DNA of 64,000 nucleotides from Actinomycetota bacterium (GTDB taxonomy: Bacteria; Actinomycetota; Acidimicrobiia; Acidimicrobiales; Ilumatobacteraceae): assembly GCA_005788815.1 (NCBI GenBank), contig SYAZ01000015.1, forward strand, positions 629 to 64,628. Reading direction: 5' to 3'. The translations under genes and the position numbers were made by a program. The notes under the pieces are model-generated. The model ran no database searches. It was given only the letters and a program-made list of their open reading frames with translations, and was not told where the DNA came from. Positions 9,544-18,271 of the stretch are shown here, piece after piece; position 1 is the first letter of the stretch, and every line of letters begins with the position of its first letter.

Positions 9544-9802
9544 TCGTCTTTTTCTTGCTACGCAAGCGAATCACGAACCGAACAAGTCGATCTGTGACCA
9601 AAGTAAACAAGATGACCAAGATGGTGAACCACCACAGTTGGATGTTTTGTGCCTTGAAGACAAGAAAGTTCACATCAACTCGGGCGGTGTTGAATGCGAT
9701 GAGGAGAAGAACTATTCCACCCATCACAATGGCTGCAACAGTGACTAACCCAGCGCTTGCATCTTTTTTTGGTGCCTCTTCAGTTTTATCTTTCATGGGC
9801 AT
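9536..9802 (-). CDS. small LapA/DUF1049-like membrane protein
   Basis: 88 aa with two TM helices flanking NTARVDVNFLVF and a basic C-terminal tail. Its stop overlaps the convergent MBL stop by 8 nt. Confidence 0.5.
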   Translation of the reverse strand: MPMKDKTEEAPKKDASAGLVTVAAIVMGGIVLLLIAFNTARVDVNFLVFKAQNIQLWWFTILVILFTLVTDRLVRFVIRLRSKKKTTN

Positions 9803-9849
9803 CCTTTCGCTCTAGGTGAACTCTATGTCAAGTACTAGTTAGTGGTGTG

Positions 9850-11178
9850 CTACTTGACTGCACCCGTAGGCAGTGTCTGTGGATCAAACAATGCAAAGAA
9901 ATCTTTAGTGGAGTTGGTGAGGTGTCTATCAGGGTCGCCCATGCGGGTATCAATGATGCGACCTTTTCGTTCTGATTTTCCGAAGTCAGAGTATGTTGCA
10001 AAAAATGGCCATGTGCCATTGATATCAAGTTCCATGCCAATGTGGCACCCCAATACAATGAGAGTGTCTGCAAGCATTTTGATGTTGACTTTTCCGACGG
10101 CCATAAACATGATGTATCCGTCGGTGCGAAGGCATGCTGCGGAACGGTAGTTGTAGATCTTGTTTGAATAGTCTTCGCCCCAATTAACAGATGGATAATT
10201 CGCATAGACAGACTTTGCATTGTTCACTAGCGGTGGAAGATTTTGACGCAGTGATTTCCATGAACCGTCATCGGTCATGTCTGTGCCCCAGATTCCGATG
10301 GTGCTTGTCCCATCGACACGAATGCCAAATGTTGCAAACCCTTTACGCATTCGCTGCACGGTCTTTCCCTCGGTGATGTAACCACCAGGTTCGTGTTCGA
10401 AACGAAATCCGCCATTAAAGCTGGCGATGAGAGAAGGCAATGCTTTGCCTTTTATCTTTGATGTGTTCTTCCATCCCTTACCACCGGGCATTTCAGTTCC
10501 ATTAAAGAGCGCAGTGTGAACAAGTGACGGGTTGTACGCGGCCATAGTTGCCACGACCGAACCAAAACACCAGAGCGGTCTAATTGAACTGATGTACACC
10601 ATTGGTTTCTTACGAACTCGCGCGGTTGCTATCCATTCACCTTCGCCTTTGATACGTGGATCTATAAACGGAGCGATGTCTGCGGGTCGTGGGACCAAAG
10701 TGGTAGTAGTAGTGCTCGTGGTGTCGGCGACCACGGTGCTTGTAGTGGTAGTTGTGCTTGTAGTGGTAGTTGACGTGGTCGTGGCACCAGTTGGACTTGT
10801 GGTGGTGGGCGTTGAACATGATTGCGTTGCAATTACTGGTCGTTCAACTGCTGGCGTTGTTTTTCCTAGGTGCGTGGTCGTTGTTTCCTGGCCAAGAGGT
10901 GCAGGTGATGTGGTGGTGATAAGCGGTGCGATGGTGGAATCATCAGTGACAAGCGCCAGAACATCTGTAGGGGCGACAGCGGGTGGGTCGTTATGCAGCC
11001 AAGTTTCGAGTTTGTCCACCACAATGCCCATGCCGTTGTTGCGTGCCCATGATGCAACATTTTGTTGCAGTGGGTCATTTGGGTGGGCCAGTACATACCG
11101 GGTGAGCGAAAAACTGCTGACGATGCCAAAAATTACAACTGCCAGCAAAAGGTATCGAAATATCTTGCGGCGGGTCAT
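9850..11178 (-). CDS. phosphodiester glycosidase (DUF2233/NAGPA-like) family protein, N-terminally membrane anchored
   Basis: 442 aa: N-terminal TM anchor, a Thr/Pro-rich linker, then FNGGFRFEHEPGGYITEGK ... GIRVDGTSTIGIWG ... LDINGTWPFF. Confidence 0.7.
   Translation of the reverse strand: MTRRKIFRYLLLAVVIFGIVSSFSLTRYVLAHPNDPLQQNVASWARNNGMGIVVDKLETWLHNDPPAVAPTDVLALVTDDSTIAPLITTTSPAPLGQETTTTHLGKTTPAVERPVIATQSCSTPTTTSPTGATTTSTTTTSTTTTTSTVVADTTSTTTTTLVPRPADIAPFIDPRIKGEGEWIATARVRKKPMVYISSIRPLWCFGSVVATMAAYNPSLVHTALFNGTEMPGGKGWKNTSKIKGKALPSLIASFNGGFRFEHEPGGYITEGKTVQRMRKGFATFGIRVDGTSTIGIWGTDMTDDGSWKSLRQNLPPLVNNAKSVYANYPSVNWGEDYSNKIYNYRSAACLRTDGYIMFMAVGKVNIKMLADTLIVLGCHIGMELDINGTWPFFATYSDFGKSERKGRIIDTRMGDPDRHLTNSTKDFFALFDPQTLPTGAVK
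10699..10920 (-). repeat. low-complexity Thr/Ser/Pro-rich linker-coding tract inside the glycosidase gene
   Basis: Encodes ...ITTTSPAPLGQETTTTHLGKTT...STPTTTSPTGATTTSTTTTSTTTTTSTVVADTTSTTTTT. The DNA shows reiterated ggtagt/gtggt units. Confidence 0.8.
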
Positions 11179-11199
11179 GTTGTACAGGTTACGCCGGAG

Positions 11200-12684
11200 T
11201 TATGAGGCACTGCCCTTATCACGAAGGTGTCGACCGATATAGGCAACGACAACTTGCTGTGTTTCGTCATCAAAAAATACATGAATGCGAACGAGATGTG
11301 CTTTTCGCCCGCGTCGCAAGTGTGCTTCGGCGCGAACTGCTCGGCCACGCCATTCAATGAGATAATCCTCTTCGTATTTTTGACGAGCAGTGTCAGAGAT
11401 TGACGCAACGAAGTCGAGGCCCATTTGGCGACAGGCCAGTTTGATGCTGGTTCCTGAAATTTCACCAGACATCCATGCACGGGCCACCTCATTAAGGCGA
11501 ACAAGATCTTGTAATACGCTGACTGGTTCTGGTCCTTCTAAACCCGAACCCGACTCAATTGCTCGTTCGTGAAACACAAGGAATGGACAGTTTTCTTTGG
11601 CAAGTCGCAGGGCTTCCGTCATTGAAGGAACCGCGAGCACTTTTGGTGTTTGTCCTGCTTGAATTTCCAATGACACGTTACGCAGAATGAGTTCGTCGAC
11701 TTGACCACCTTTTTTCTCAAGCTGATCTCGAAGTTCAGCCATGAGTCGGTCTGCGTCGGCCATAGAAGCTTCTAGTTCGTTAACAGATGCTTCTAATAGT
11801 TCAATTCGAATTGCCTGATCTTCATTGAAATTGCCATCATCTGACGAACTTCGCGACGAAGGGTCAATGATGTCGTATTCGGTGCGCGGCGGTGGCGGTA
11901 CACGAGGTGATGCAATAGAACGCGCTGCAGTATCGAGAATTAATCGAACAATTCGGTCAAGCTCACGTGAGACGGAGCTTGACGGCAGTTCACGTATATG
12001 CACGATTTCAGGTTCAGTTTTCCCAGCCCATTGCACAATGACGCAACCAGGGCCAACTAGTGAGTAACGCGACAGTGATTCAAAACCGCGCAGTGCTTCA
12101 GCGCTGGCGATGTGAAAGATATGTGCGAGACCAACAAGGGGACCTGCACCAATGGTAAACAGGTCGCGGCTTTGTCGCTCGTAGTCACCGATTTCTACAA
12201 TTACAGGTAGGCGACGACTTGGAGCATCAATAAAAGCAGCAATGTTTTGGCCATCAAGTTCTGTGTTTGCAACATGCACAGAATCGGTAATGAATTGATT
12301 TGCATCTTCTGTGGGAACTGTTACGAGTACTTCACGAACAAGTTGGGCAACCCGTGGTGGAACTGACTTTGGTTTGTAAGGAACAACTTTTGAAGTGGTG
12401 GGTGTCGACACAATACGAATGTCAAAAGTGAGAACACTGTCTAAGAGAACGACAGTGATGGTGAGAGTCTCAACGTGTGAGCTTGCAGCTCCACTCTCTG
12501 TAATCATCATTCGAAAAACGGGATCATCGGATGATTCTCGCGTGACACGAACTGAAGTTCCTGGGCCACGTGCATCGAGCGGATAATGACGCAACATCCA
12601 ATCGCTCACCACATCGATGAGTGCGATGCGTTGTTCTTCGTGGCAGTCAACAGTGGAGAGCGAAAGTGCGTACGTGGTGATCAT
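11200..12684 (-). CDS. hypothetical 494-aa protein: N-terminal domain, Pro-rich linker, coiled coil, basic C-terminal domain
   Basis: Long clean ORF with an ATG start 18 nt after the upstream stop; its own stop lies 21 nt before the glycosidase start. No family motif or P-loop recognised. Heptad-like segment ELLEASVNELEASMADADRLMAELRDQLEKK. C-terminus reads HLRRGRKAHLVRIHVFFDDETQQVVVAYIGRHL. Confidence 0.6.
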   Translation of the reverse strand: MITTYALSLSTVDCHEEQRIALIDVVSDWMLRHYPLDARGPGTSVRVTRESSDDPVFRMMITESGAASSHVETLTITVVLLDSVLTFDIRIVSTPTTSKVVPYKPKSVPPRVAQLVREVLVTVPTEDANQFITDSVHVANTELDGQNIAAFIDAPSRRLPVIVEIGDYERQSRDLFTIGAGPLVGLAHIFHIASAEALRGFESLSRYSLVGPGCVIVQWAGKTEPEIVHIRELPSSSVSRELDRIVRLILDTAARSIASPRVPPPPRTEYDIIDPSSRSSSDDGNFNEDQAIRIELLEASVNELEASMADADRLMAELRDQLEKKGGQVDELILRNVSLEIQAGQTPKVLAVPSMTEALRLAKENCPFLVFHERAIESGSGLEGPEPVSVLQDLVRLNEVARAWMSGEISGTSIKLACRQMGLDFVASISDTARQKYEEDYLIEWRGRAVRAEAHLRRGRKAHLVRIHVFFDDETQQVVVAYIGRHLRDKGSAS

Positions 12685-12702
12685 GGCGCCACAGCCCGCG
12701 GC

Positions 12703-13239
12703 CTAGCGGTAAGGCTGCAAGGCCTCGTGAACCGAGGCAAGGAGGGAAGTGACCACGGCTGCATCATCAGGGTCGAGTGTAAGCAACCGATCGAAGGCTG
12801 CCGACTCGATATCGATGGCGGGGTGCAATTGATAGAGCTGGTGGGGCGCTAACTGGGGTTCTGGAGTCTCAAGGCGAGCAGTTCCCAGGCATTCGCGATC
12901 AATCCAGCATTGGGCTGCCGAGCCAAGTGCCTGAACTGTCCACCCAGCTTCGAGCTGAATCGACCAAGGGCTAGAGGGGTCAAGTCCGGTAATCACACTG
13001 ATGGCATCGGGGGCCTGACGTACTGGAACCTGCATGCGCATGATGGGGCCCGAATGGTCATGGTGGTTGATGTCGGCCACCACCGTGTCTTGTGCAACTG
13101 CCAACACCAAAGGGTCTTCTTGTAGTCGCGAGGAAGATTCATATTGAGAAGGAGTAACTACTTCCCAAACCCAAGGTCGACCACCAGTATCGAGGGCTGG
13201 AACATTCATACCCACCCACGCCACATCGAGACCAGGCAT
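12703..13239 (-). CDS. hypothetical protein (start uncertain; maximal ORF reaches 13413)
   Basis: The ORF is open from TTG at 13413. Upstream starts would collide head-on with the alpha/beta hydrolase start at 13379. In-frame candidates are ATG 13380, GTG 13314, GTG 13293 and ATG 13239. No recognisable motif. Confidence 0.4.
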   Translation of the reverse strand: MPGLDVAWVGMNVPALDTGGRPWVWEVVTPSQYESSSRLQEDPLVLAVAQDTVVADINHHDHSGPIMRMQVPVRQAPDAISVITGLDPSSPWSIQLEAGWTVQALGSAAQCWIDRECLGTARLETPEPQLAPHQLYQLHPAIDIESAAFDRLLTLDPDDAAVVTSLLASVHEALQPYR

Positions 13240-13378
13240 TGTTACTCGTCGCCAAGTGAGTGTGTCGTGGTTCTCTGAAAGAGAACGTTTCACTCCATCG
13301 ACGATTGTTTGCACATAAGAATGTTTGTCTGTGGTGGCTGAAGAATGGTGGATACCCCAGTAAGTGCGAGAATGTGGC

Positions 13379-14200
13379 ATGCCAGTTTTTGTCCGTGAAG
13401 ACATCAATATCAATTTCGAGATCGCTGGTTCAGGCCCACGTGCGTTGTTCTTTAATGGCTCTGGTGCGACTCTTGAGTCATCTGCACTCTTGATCAGTGC
13501 GCTTGCACAAACATGCGAAGTGCTTGCGCACGATCAACGCGGCCTGGGGAAAACTTCTATTCCAGATGGCCCGTACACAATGGCGCAGTATGCACAAGAT
13601 GCAGATGCACTTCTGAATCACGTGGGTTGGTCTACCTGTGCAGTTGTGGGCATGAGCTTTGGTGGAATGGTGGCGCAGGAATTCGCAGTCACATATCCAG
13701 AACGCGTTGAACGACTCGCGCTCTTGTGCACTTCTGCTGGTGGTGATGCAGGGGCGTCGTATCCCCTACACGAGTTGGGCTCACTATCTGTTGAAGAGAG
13801 AAACAAGAAAATCATGTTGTTAACAGATTCTCGCTTTACAGATGAATGGTTGGCATCTCACCCGTCTGACTTGAAGATGATGAGACTTCGAGCTGAGCAA
13901 GCAGCACAGCCAAAGACAAATGAAGTACTTCGTGGAGAGCGTCTGCAATTGATTGCTCGCATCGGGCATGATGTGGCAGATCGTTTACACAAGGTGGCAT
14001 CGCCCACGTTTGTAATGGCGGGTCGTTTCGATGGCATTGCCCCACCCGACAACTCCCACGAAATTGTGAAAAGAATCCCACATGCAACGATGCAGGAATA
14101 CGAGGGTGGTCATATGTTCGTGGTGCAAGACAAGTTGGCGCTGAGAGATTTGTGCGCGTTTCTGATTGGCGGTCCGTCGGTGCAAAGCGGTCCATCATGA
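13379..14200 (+). CDS. alpha/beta hydrolase
   Basis: MPVFVREDININFEIAGSGPRALFFNGSG, HDQRGLGKT, and the nucleophile elbow GMSFGGMVA. Confidence 0.8.
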   Translation: MPVFVREDININFEIAGSGPRALFFNGSGATLESSALLISALAQTCEVLAHDQRGLGKTSIPDGPYTMAQYAQDADALLNHVGWSTCAVVGMSFGGMVAQEFAVTYPERVERLALLCTSAGGDAGASYPLHELGSLSVEERNKKIMLLTDSRFTDEWLASHPSDLKMMRLRAEQAAQPKTNEVLRGERLQLIARIGHDVADRLHKVASPTFVMAGRFDGIAPPDNSHEIVKRIPHATMQEYEGGHMFVVQDKLALRDLCAFLIGGPSVQSGPS

Positions 14201-15669
14201 AACCGAATATTCTCATAGTCACACTTGATCAATTTCGTGGAGATTGTCTTTCTATTGCGGGCCACCCCATTGTGCAGACTCCACAACTCGATCGATTAAG
14301 TAGGGCCGGAATCCGGTTGAGTCGTCATTACAGTCAGGCATCACCATGTGCTCCCGGGCGTGCGTCGTTGTACACCGGCATGTATCAAATGAATCATCGT
14401 GTTGTCGCTAATGGCACGCCACTTGATGACGGTTTCGACAACATTGCTCGCGCGGCACGACGTGCTGGTTATGCACCAGCACTGTTCGGTTACACAGATC
14501 AATCAGTTGATCCGCGCGTTACAGAGTCAGCAGATGATCCACGACTTCAAACATATGAAGGGGTGCTTCCAGGGTTTGATTCCATTGTGGATCTCACACG
14601 CGGATACGGACCATGGAGACGTTTCTTGGCGGCCAACGGACATGATGCCTCGGGTGGAGTGTTGCATCTGCTTTCCACCGAGCATGAACGACCTGCAGAC
14701 ATGAGCGTGTCGGCGTATATGACAAATGAATTGCTCAGCTGGATGGGCGATCAATCTGAACCATGGTTTGCGCACGCAAGTTACATTCGGCCACATCCTC
14801 CGTATTCAGCAGCAGGTCACTTTGGTTCCATGTATTCGCCAGACAATGTTGGTCAACCAATTTCACCTGCTGAGTCTGTTCCACCATTTCACGAGGTGAT
14901 GCTGCAATTGGACGACACAAAAGCACCTTCGGATGCCAAAGAGTTGGCGCACATGCGCGCTCAATATTTCGGCATGGTGAGCGAAGTGGATTCTCAACTC
15001 GGACGTGTGTGGGATTTTCTTGAGTCAACCGGGCAGTGGGAGAACACGGTCATTGTCGTGGTAGCCGACCATGCTGAACTTCTCGGTGATCACGGTTTGA
15101 AAGAGAAACTTGGATACTGGGAAACAAGTCAACACATCGTGGGAATTGTGCGCGACCCTAGGCATGCGGACACGAATGGAACAGTGATTGACAAGTTCAC
15201 TGAGAACGTAGATATTTTCCCAACAGTGTGTGACGCAATGGGAATTGATATTCCGGCTCAATGTGACGGTGTTCCGCTGACGCATTTTGTGCGAGGAACA
15301 GAACCACCATGGTGGCGTGATGCGGCGCATTGGGAATATGACTGGCGTTTTGTGTTAATTCCACACGACAAGCATCAGTGGCCGTGGCAACGTCGTTTAG
15401 AACAAATGAATTTGGCTGTTCGACGTTCCGATACTTATGCCTACGTGCAGTTTGGCGACGGTGAATACGTGTGCTTTGACCTTGAGGCAGACCCCACTTG
15501 GCGAACAACTACAGATGATGATGCGGTGATTGCGCGTGAAGCGCGGGCAATGCTGGTGTGGCGAATGGAGCATGCCAATCGCCAGAACACTGGCTTACTT
15601 GTAGAAGATGGTGGTGTTGGTCGATGGCCAGACGGTGTGCACTGGCGAGACAACTCACCGACTGATTAG
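14197..15669 (+). CDS. Cys-type sulfatase (arylsulfatase family)
   Basis: MKPNILIVTLDQFRGD start and SPCAPGRASLYTG (CxPxR formylglycine motif). ATGA overlap with the upstream hydrolase. Confidence 0.85.
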   Translation: MKPNILIVTLDQFRGDCLSIAGHPIVQTPQLDRLSRAGIRLSRHYSQASPCAPGRASLYTGMYQMNHRVVANGTPLDDGFDNIARAARRAGYAPALFGYTDQSVDPRVTESADDPRLQTYEGVLPGFDSIVDLTRGYGPWRRFLAANGHDASGGVLHLLSTEHERPADMSVSAYMTNELLSWMGDQSEPWFAHASYIRPHPPYSAAGHFGSMYSPDNVGQPISPAESVPPFHEVMLQLDDTKAPSDAKELAHMRAQYFGMVSEVDSQLGRVWDFLESTGQWENTVIVVVADHAELLGDHGLKEKLGYWETSQHIVGIVRDPRHADTNGTVIDKFTENVDIFPTVCDAMGIDIPAQCDGVPLTHFVRGTEPPWWRDAAHWEYDWRFVLIPHDKHQWPWQRRLEQMNLAVRRSDTYAYVQFGDGEYVCFDLEADPTWRTTTDDDAVIAREARAMLVWRMEHANRQNTGLLVEDGGVGRWPDGVHWRDNSPTD

Positions 15670-15672
15670 TAA

Positions 15673-16323
15673 CTAGTCAGACCACACATCGAACTTCACC
15701 ATGTGTTCTAGTGGTGCGCGACGCAAAGGACCGTGATTTCCTTTGGGATAGCCGAGTGGAACCATGGCATAGACACCCCAAGGTTCTGGCAGTTGAAGAA
15801 TGGGGCGAACTTCGTTTTCGCTGGCCGAGATAAGAGTGGTGAGAACGCCACCCAATCCTTCTGCGCGAGCGGCGAGCAGAAAGTTTTGTACCGCTGGGTA
15901 CAGAGATGCGCCACCAACTACCGGGGTTCTTCCGAGATTGCCATCTGTAACAAAAACCTCGCGAGGGTCATGAACAAACATTGCGACGACAGGAACATCT
16001 GCAAGTGAAGTAGCTAATTGTGTGCCGATGGCTAGACCTTTACGAGTGGCTTCCACAATGTTTTCTGGCATGCCTTCGACACGCTTCATGTTCATGTCGA
16101 CATATTCGGACCACCGCTGCGAATAAATGTCGGAGAGTTGTTGTTTGATGGCGCGATCGCGAACAGCAATGATGCGCCAGGGCTGCCTATTGCCGCCACT
16201 AGGAGCCCAAATTGCGGCCTGTAACACTCGGTTGAGAACTTCATCATCGACTGGCTTGGTGCTGATGCGCCGAATTGAACGGGTGGTGGACAAGATGTCG
16301 TAGAAGTCAGTTGAGTTGGTCAT
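15673..16323 (-). CDS. nitroreductase family protein
   Basis: 216 aa with TTRSIRRISTKPVDDEVLNRVLQAAIWAPSGGNRQPWR. Confidence 0.8.
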   Translation of the reverse strand: MTNSTDFYDILSTTRSIRRISTKPVDDEVLNRVLQAAIWAPSGGNRQPWRIIAVRDRAIKQQLSDIYSQRWSEYVDMNMKRVEGMPENIVEATRKGLAIGTQLATSLADVPVVAMFVHDPREVFVTDGNLGRTPVVGGASLYPAVQNFLLAARAEGLGGVLTTLISASENEVRPILQLPEPWGVYAMVPLGYPKGNHGPLRRAPLEHMVKFDVWSD

Positions 16324-16354
16324 GACTGCAGTCTGACCGCATGAGCCTCACATG

Positions 16355-16831
16355 TCAACGTTGGTGAGCACTCGCTGGCCACGGTGACATTTCGAGTCCG
16401 GTGGATTGGTACAAGGAATAGAGAAAAGAAGCGAACTCGATTGAGATGTGTGCACGTGTGAGACGAACCAATTCGTCTCGGAATACAACCCCATGAGTTG
16501 AGACGCCAACAATGAGATGAGCAATCTCATGGAGAACTGTGACTTGGTTGGTGTTGGCTCCGCGAATACAAATGGTGTGAATTTCGGAATGGGCTGTTGC
16601 AAGAATGTGTTGTGATTTACGGGTGACAACAATGCTCGGAACATCGATGTCTTCACGATGGCTGATTTCTTCTACCCATGCGTCAATTTCTGTTGATTTC
16701 AGATCTTTAACGCTAATCTCCTGTTCAGCGATGGCCTCACACGCGTATGTAAGTGCGGTCTCTGGCGTTGCCTTCAAATAATTTGCGGACAACGCAATTG
16801 CTTGGGTGGCGTATTCGCTGATGTGGGTCAT
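16355..16831 (-). CDS. HExxH putative metallohydrolase (Rv0185 / TIGR04338-like)
   Basis: 158 aa with VLHEIAHLIV (HExxH). 4-nt overlap with the upstream DUF2786 gene, the pairing known from mycobacterial Rv0184/Rv0185. Confidence 0.55.
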   Translation of the reverse strand: MTHISEYATQAIALSANYLKATPETALTYACEAIAEQEISVKDLKSTEIDAWVEEISHREDIDVPSIVVTRKSQHILATAHSEIHTICIRGANTNQVTVLHEIAHLIVGVSTHGVVFRDELVRLTRAHISIEFASFLYSLYQSTGLEMSPWPASAHQR

Positions 16832-17502
16832 TGCAATTCGCCGCGCACACCTGAGGTGAAGGAACGACCAAATGCCGCAAAGCCACGGCCTGCGTTCTTG
16901 CCACTGGCATGAGCGCCGGAAGAAGTATCGGAGTAGTACGTGCCTCCACGAAGTGGGGGAGCAAATGAGTACATGGTGTCTTCGGCGCGCTTCATGCGAT
17001 CGGCAAGTACCAGACCGGCGCCTTTAGTTTCTGAAATGAAATCTTTGCGAGCGCTTCCGAGCGATTCTTCGATACCTGATTGGAAACCGCTCCACCATGA
17101 CACGCGCCATGAACGTGACCCGCGAGGAAGCAAGCGAGCACCTAACGCATCGGCAGCGGCAAACAATGTGCGTGCAGCAAAAATGTCTGTAGGACGCCCG
17201 TAAATGATGAGGACGCAACTGTCGTGAGAATCGAACGCACGATACGACGCACACGAGTGCATTTTGGCTATGACGTACAGAACGTTGATGCGCCGGACCC
17301 GGTAGGGGCCTTTTACACACACTGTTTCAGAAACAATAGAGACATCTTCATGAGACACTTCGGCGATGTCGGTTTCGCTGAGCCCATGTTTCTGCATGAG
17401 CTTTGATGCCATGGCGAGCGCAGATTCGGCTTCGGCCTGAGGTGTGTTGGGGTGCTGTGCGAGAGACAGAAGTGACTGGATGCGCTCGCGCTGAGAACTC
17501 AT
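16828..17502 (-). CDS. DUF2786 domain protein
   Basis: The internal start MSSQRERIQSLLSLAQHPNTPQAEAESALAMASKLMQKHGL matches the DUF2786 N-terminal pattern. The longer 282-aa ORF would overlap the ABC ATPase gene. Confidence 0.6.
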   Translation of the reverse strand: MSSQRERIQSLLSLAQHPNTPQAEAESALAMASKLMQKHGLSETDIAEVSHEDVSIVSETVCVKGPYRVRRINVLYVIAKMHSCASYRAFDSHDSCVLIIYGRPTDIFAARTLFAAADALGARLLPRGSRSWRVSWWSGFQSGIEESLGSARKDFISETKGAGLVLADRMKRAEDTMYSFAPPLRGGTYYSDTSSGAHASGKNAGRGFAAFGRSFTSGVRGELQ

Positions 17503-17527
17503 TGCCTGGACAATAGATGAAGGGTGG

Positions 17528-18271
17528 TTAGTGGTTGAGAACGCTTGATAAGAAGGACCGAGTTCGTTCTTCTCGCGGGGCGCCAATGACTTGCTCTGGT
17601 GGGCCTTGTTCCACAATGACACCGTTATCCATGAATACCACTCGATCGGCGACGTTCTTTGCAAAACCCATTTCATGGGTGACGACGAGCATCGTCATAC
17701 CTTCTTGTGCAAGAGATTGCATCACCGCGAGTACATCACCCACTAGTTCGGGATCTAGTGCACTAGTAGCTTCATCGAACAACATGACATCGGGGTTCAT
17801 CGCCAATGCACGCGCAATTGCGACCCGCTGCTGCTGCCCACCTGACAACTGAGCAGGGTATGAATTCTCTTTGTCTTGAAGACCGACTCGGGCAAGCATT
17901 GATTGGGCTGCAGTTGTGGCTTCCTTTGCATTACGTTTCAATACTTTTCTTTGAGCCACACAAACGTTTTCGATTGCTGTCATGTGTGGAAACAAGTTAA
18001 ACGACTGAAACACCATTCCAATCTTTGACCGAGCTTCATCAATATCGCAATCAATATCTGTAAGTTCACGTCCGAGAACTGTGATGGTTCCAGATGACGG
18101 GGTTTCCAACATATTCACGCAACGCAGAAGTGTGCTTTTGCCTGAACCAGAAGGACCAATGATGCACACCACCTCGCCTCGCGTGATTTCTACATCGATT
18201 CCTCGTAAGACGTGGTTCGTGCCAAAAGACTTGTGAAGATCTTGAAGAGAGACAACAACATCGGAATTCAT
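17528..18271 (-). CDS. amino-acid ABC transporter ATP-binding protein
   Basis: Walker [10 protein letters not shown], signature [15 protein letters not shown], Walker [12 protein letters not shown]. The ATG at 18271 forms an ATGA overlap with the permease stop. Confidence 0.9.
   Translation of the reverse strand: MNSDVVVSLQDLHKSFGTNHVLRGIDVEITRGEVVCIIGPSGSGKSTLLRCVNMLETPSSGTITVLGRELTDIDCDIDEARSKIGMVFQSFNLFPHMTAIENVCVAQRKVLKRNAKEATTAAQSMLARVGLQDKENSYPAQLSGGQQQRVAIARALAMNPDVMLFDEATSALDPELVGDVLAVMQSLAQEGMTMLVVTHEMGFAKNVADRVVFMDNGVIVEQGPPEQVIGAPREERTRSFLSSVLNH

Noticed and set aside
10532-11242. 236-aa plus-strand ORF rich in Val (VVVVVLVV...) opposite the glycosidase gene
   Set aside because: It is a mirror image of the poly-Thr (ACC/ACT) tract read on the other strand, a classic shadow ORF. 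The same reasoning applies to the long antisense ORFs at 55799-56368, 61157-61828, 47909-48430, 37616-38215 and 60788-61084.
11200-12684. Assigning the 494-aa protein to a toxin (RelE/ParE-like) or known anti-phage family on the basis of its C-terminal ...RIHVFFDDETQQVVVAYIGRHL motif
   Set aside because: The resemblance is only a vague strand-turn-strand pattern from memory. No catalytic residues or partner antitoxin are evident, and there is no mobile or defence-island context. I kept it as a hypothetical.
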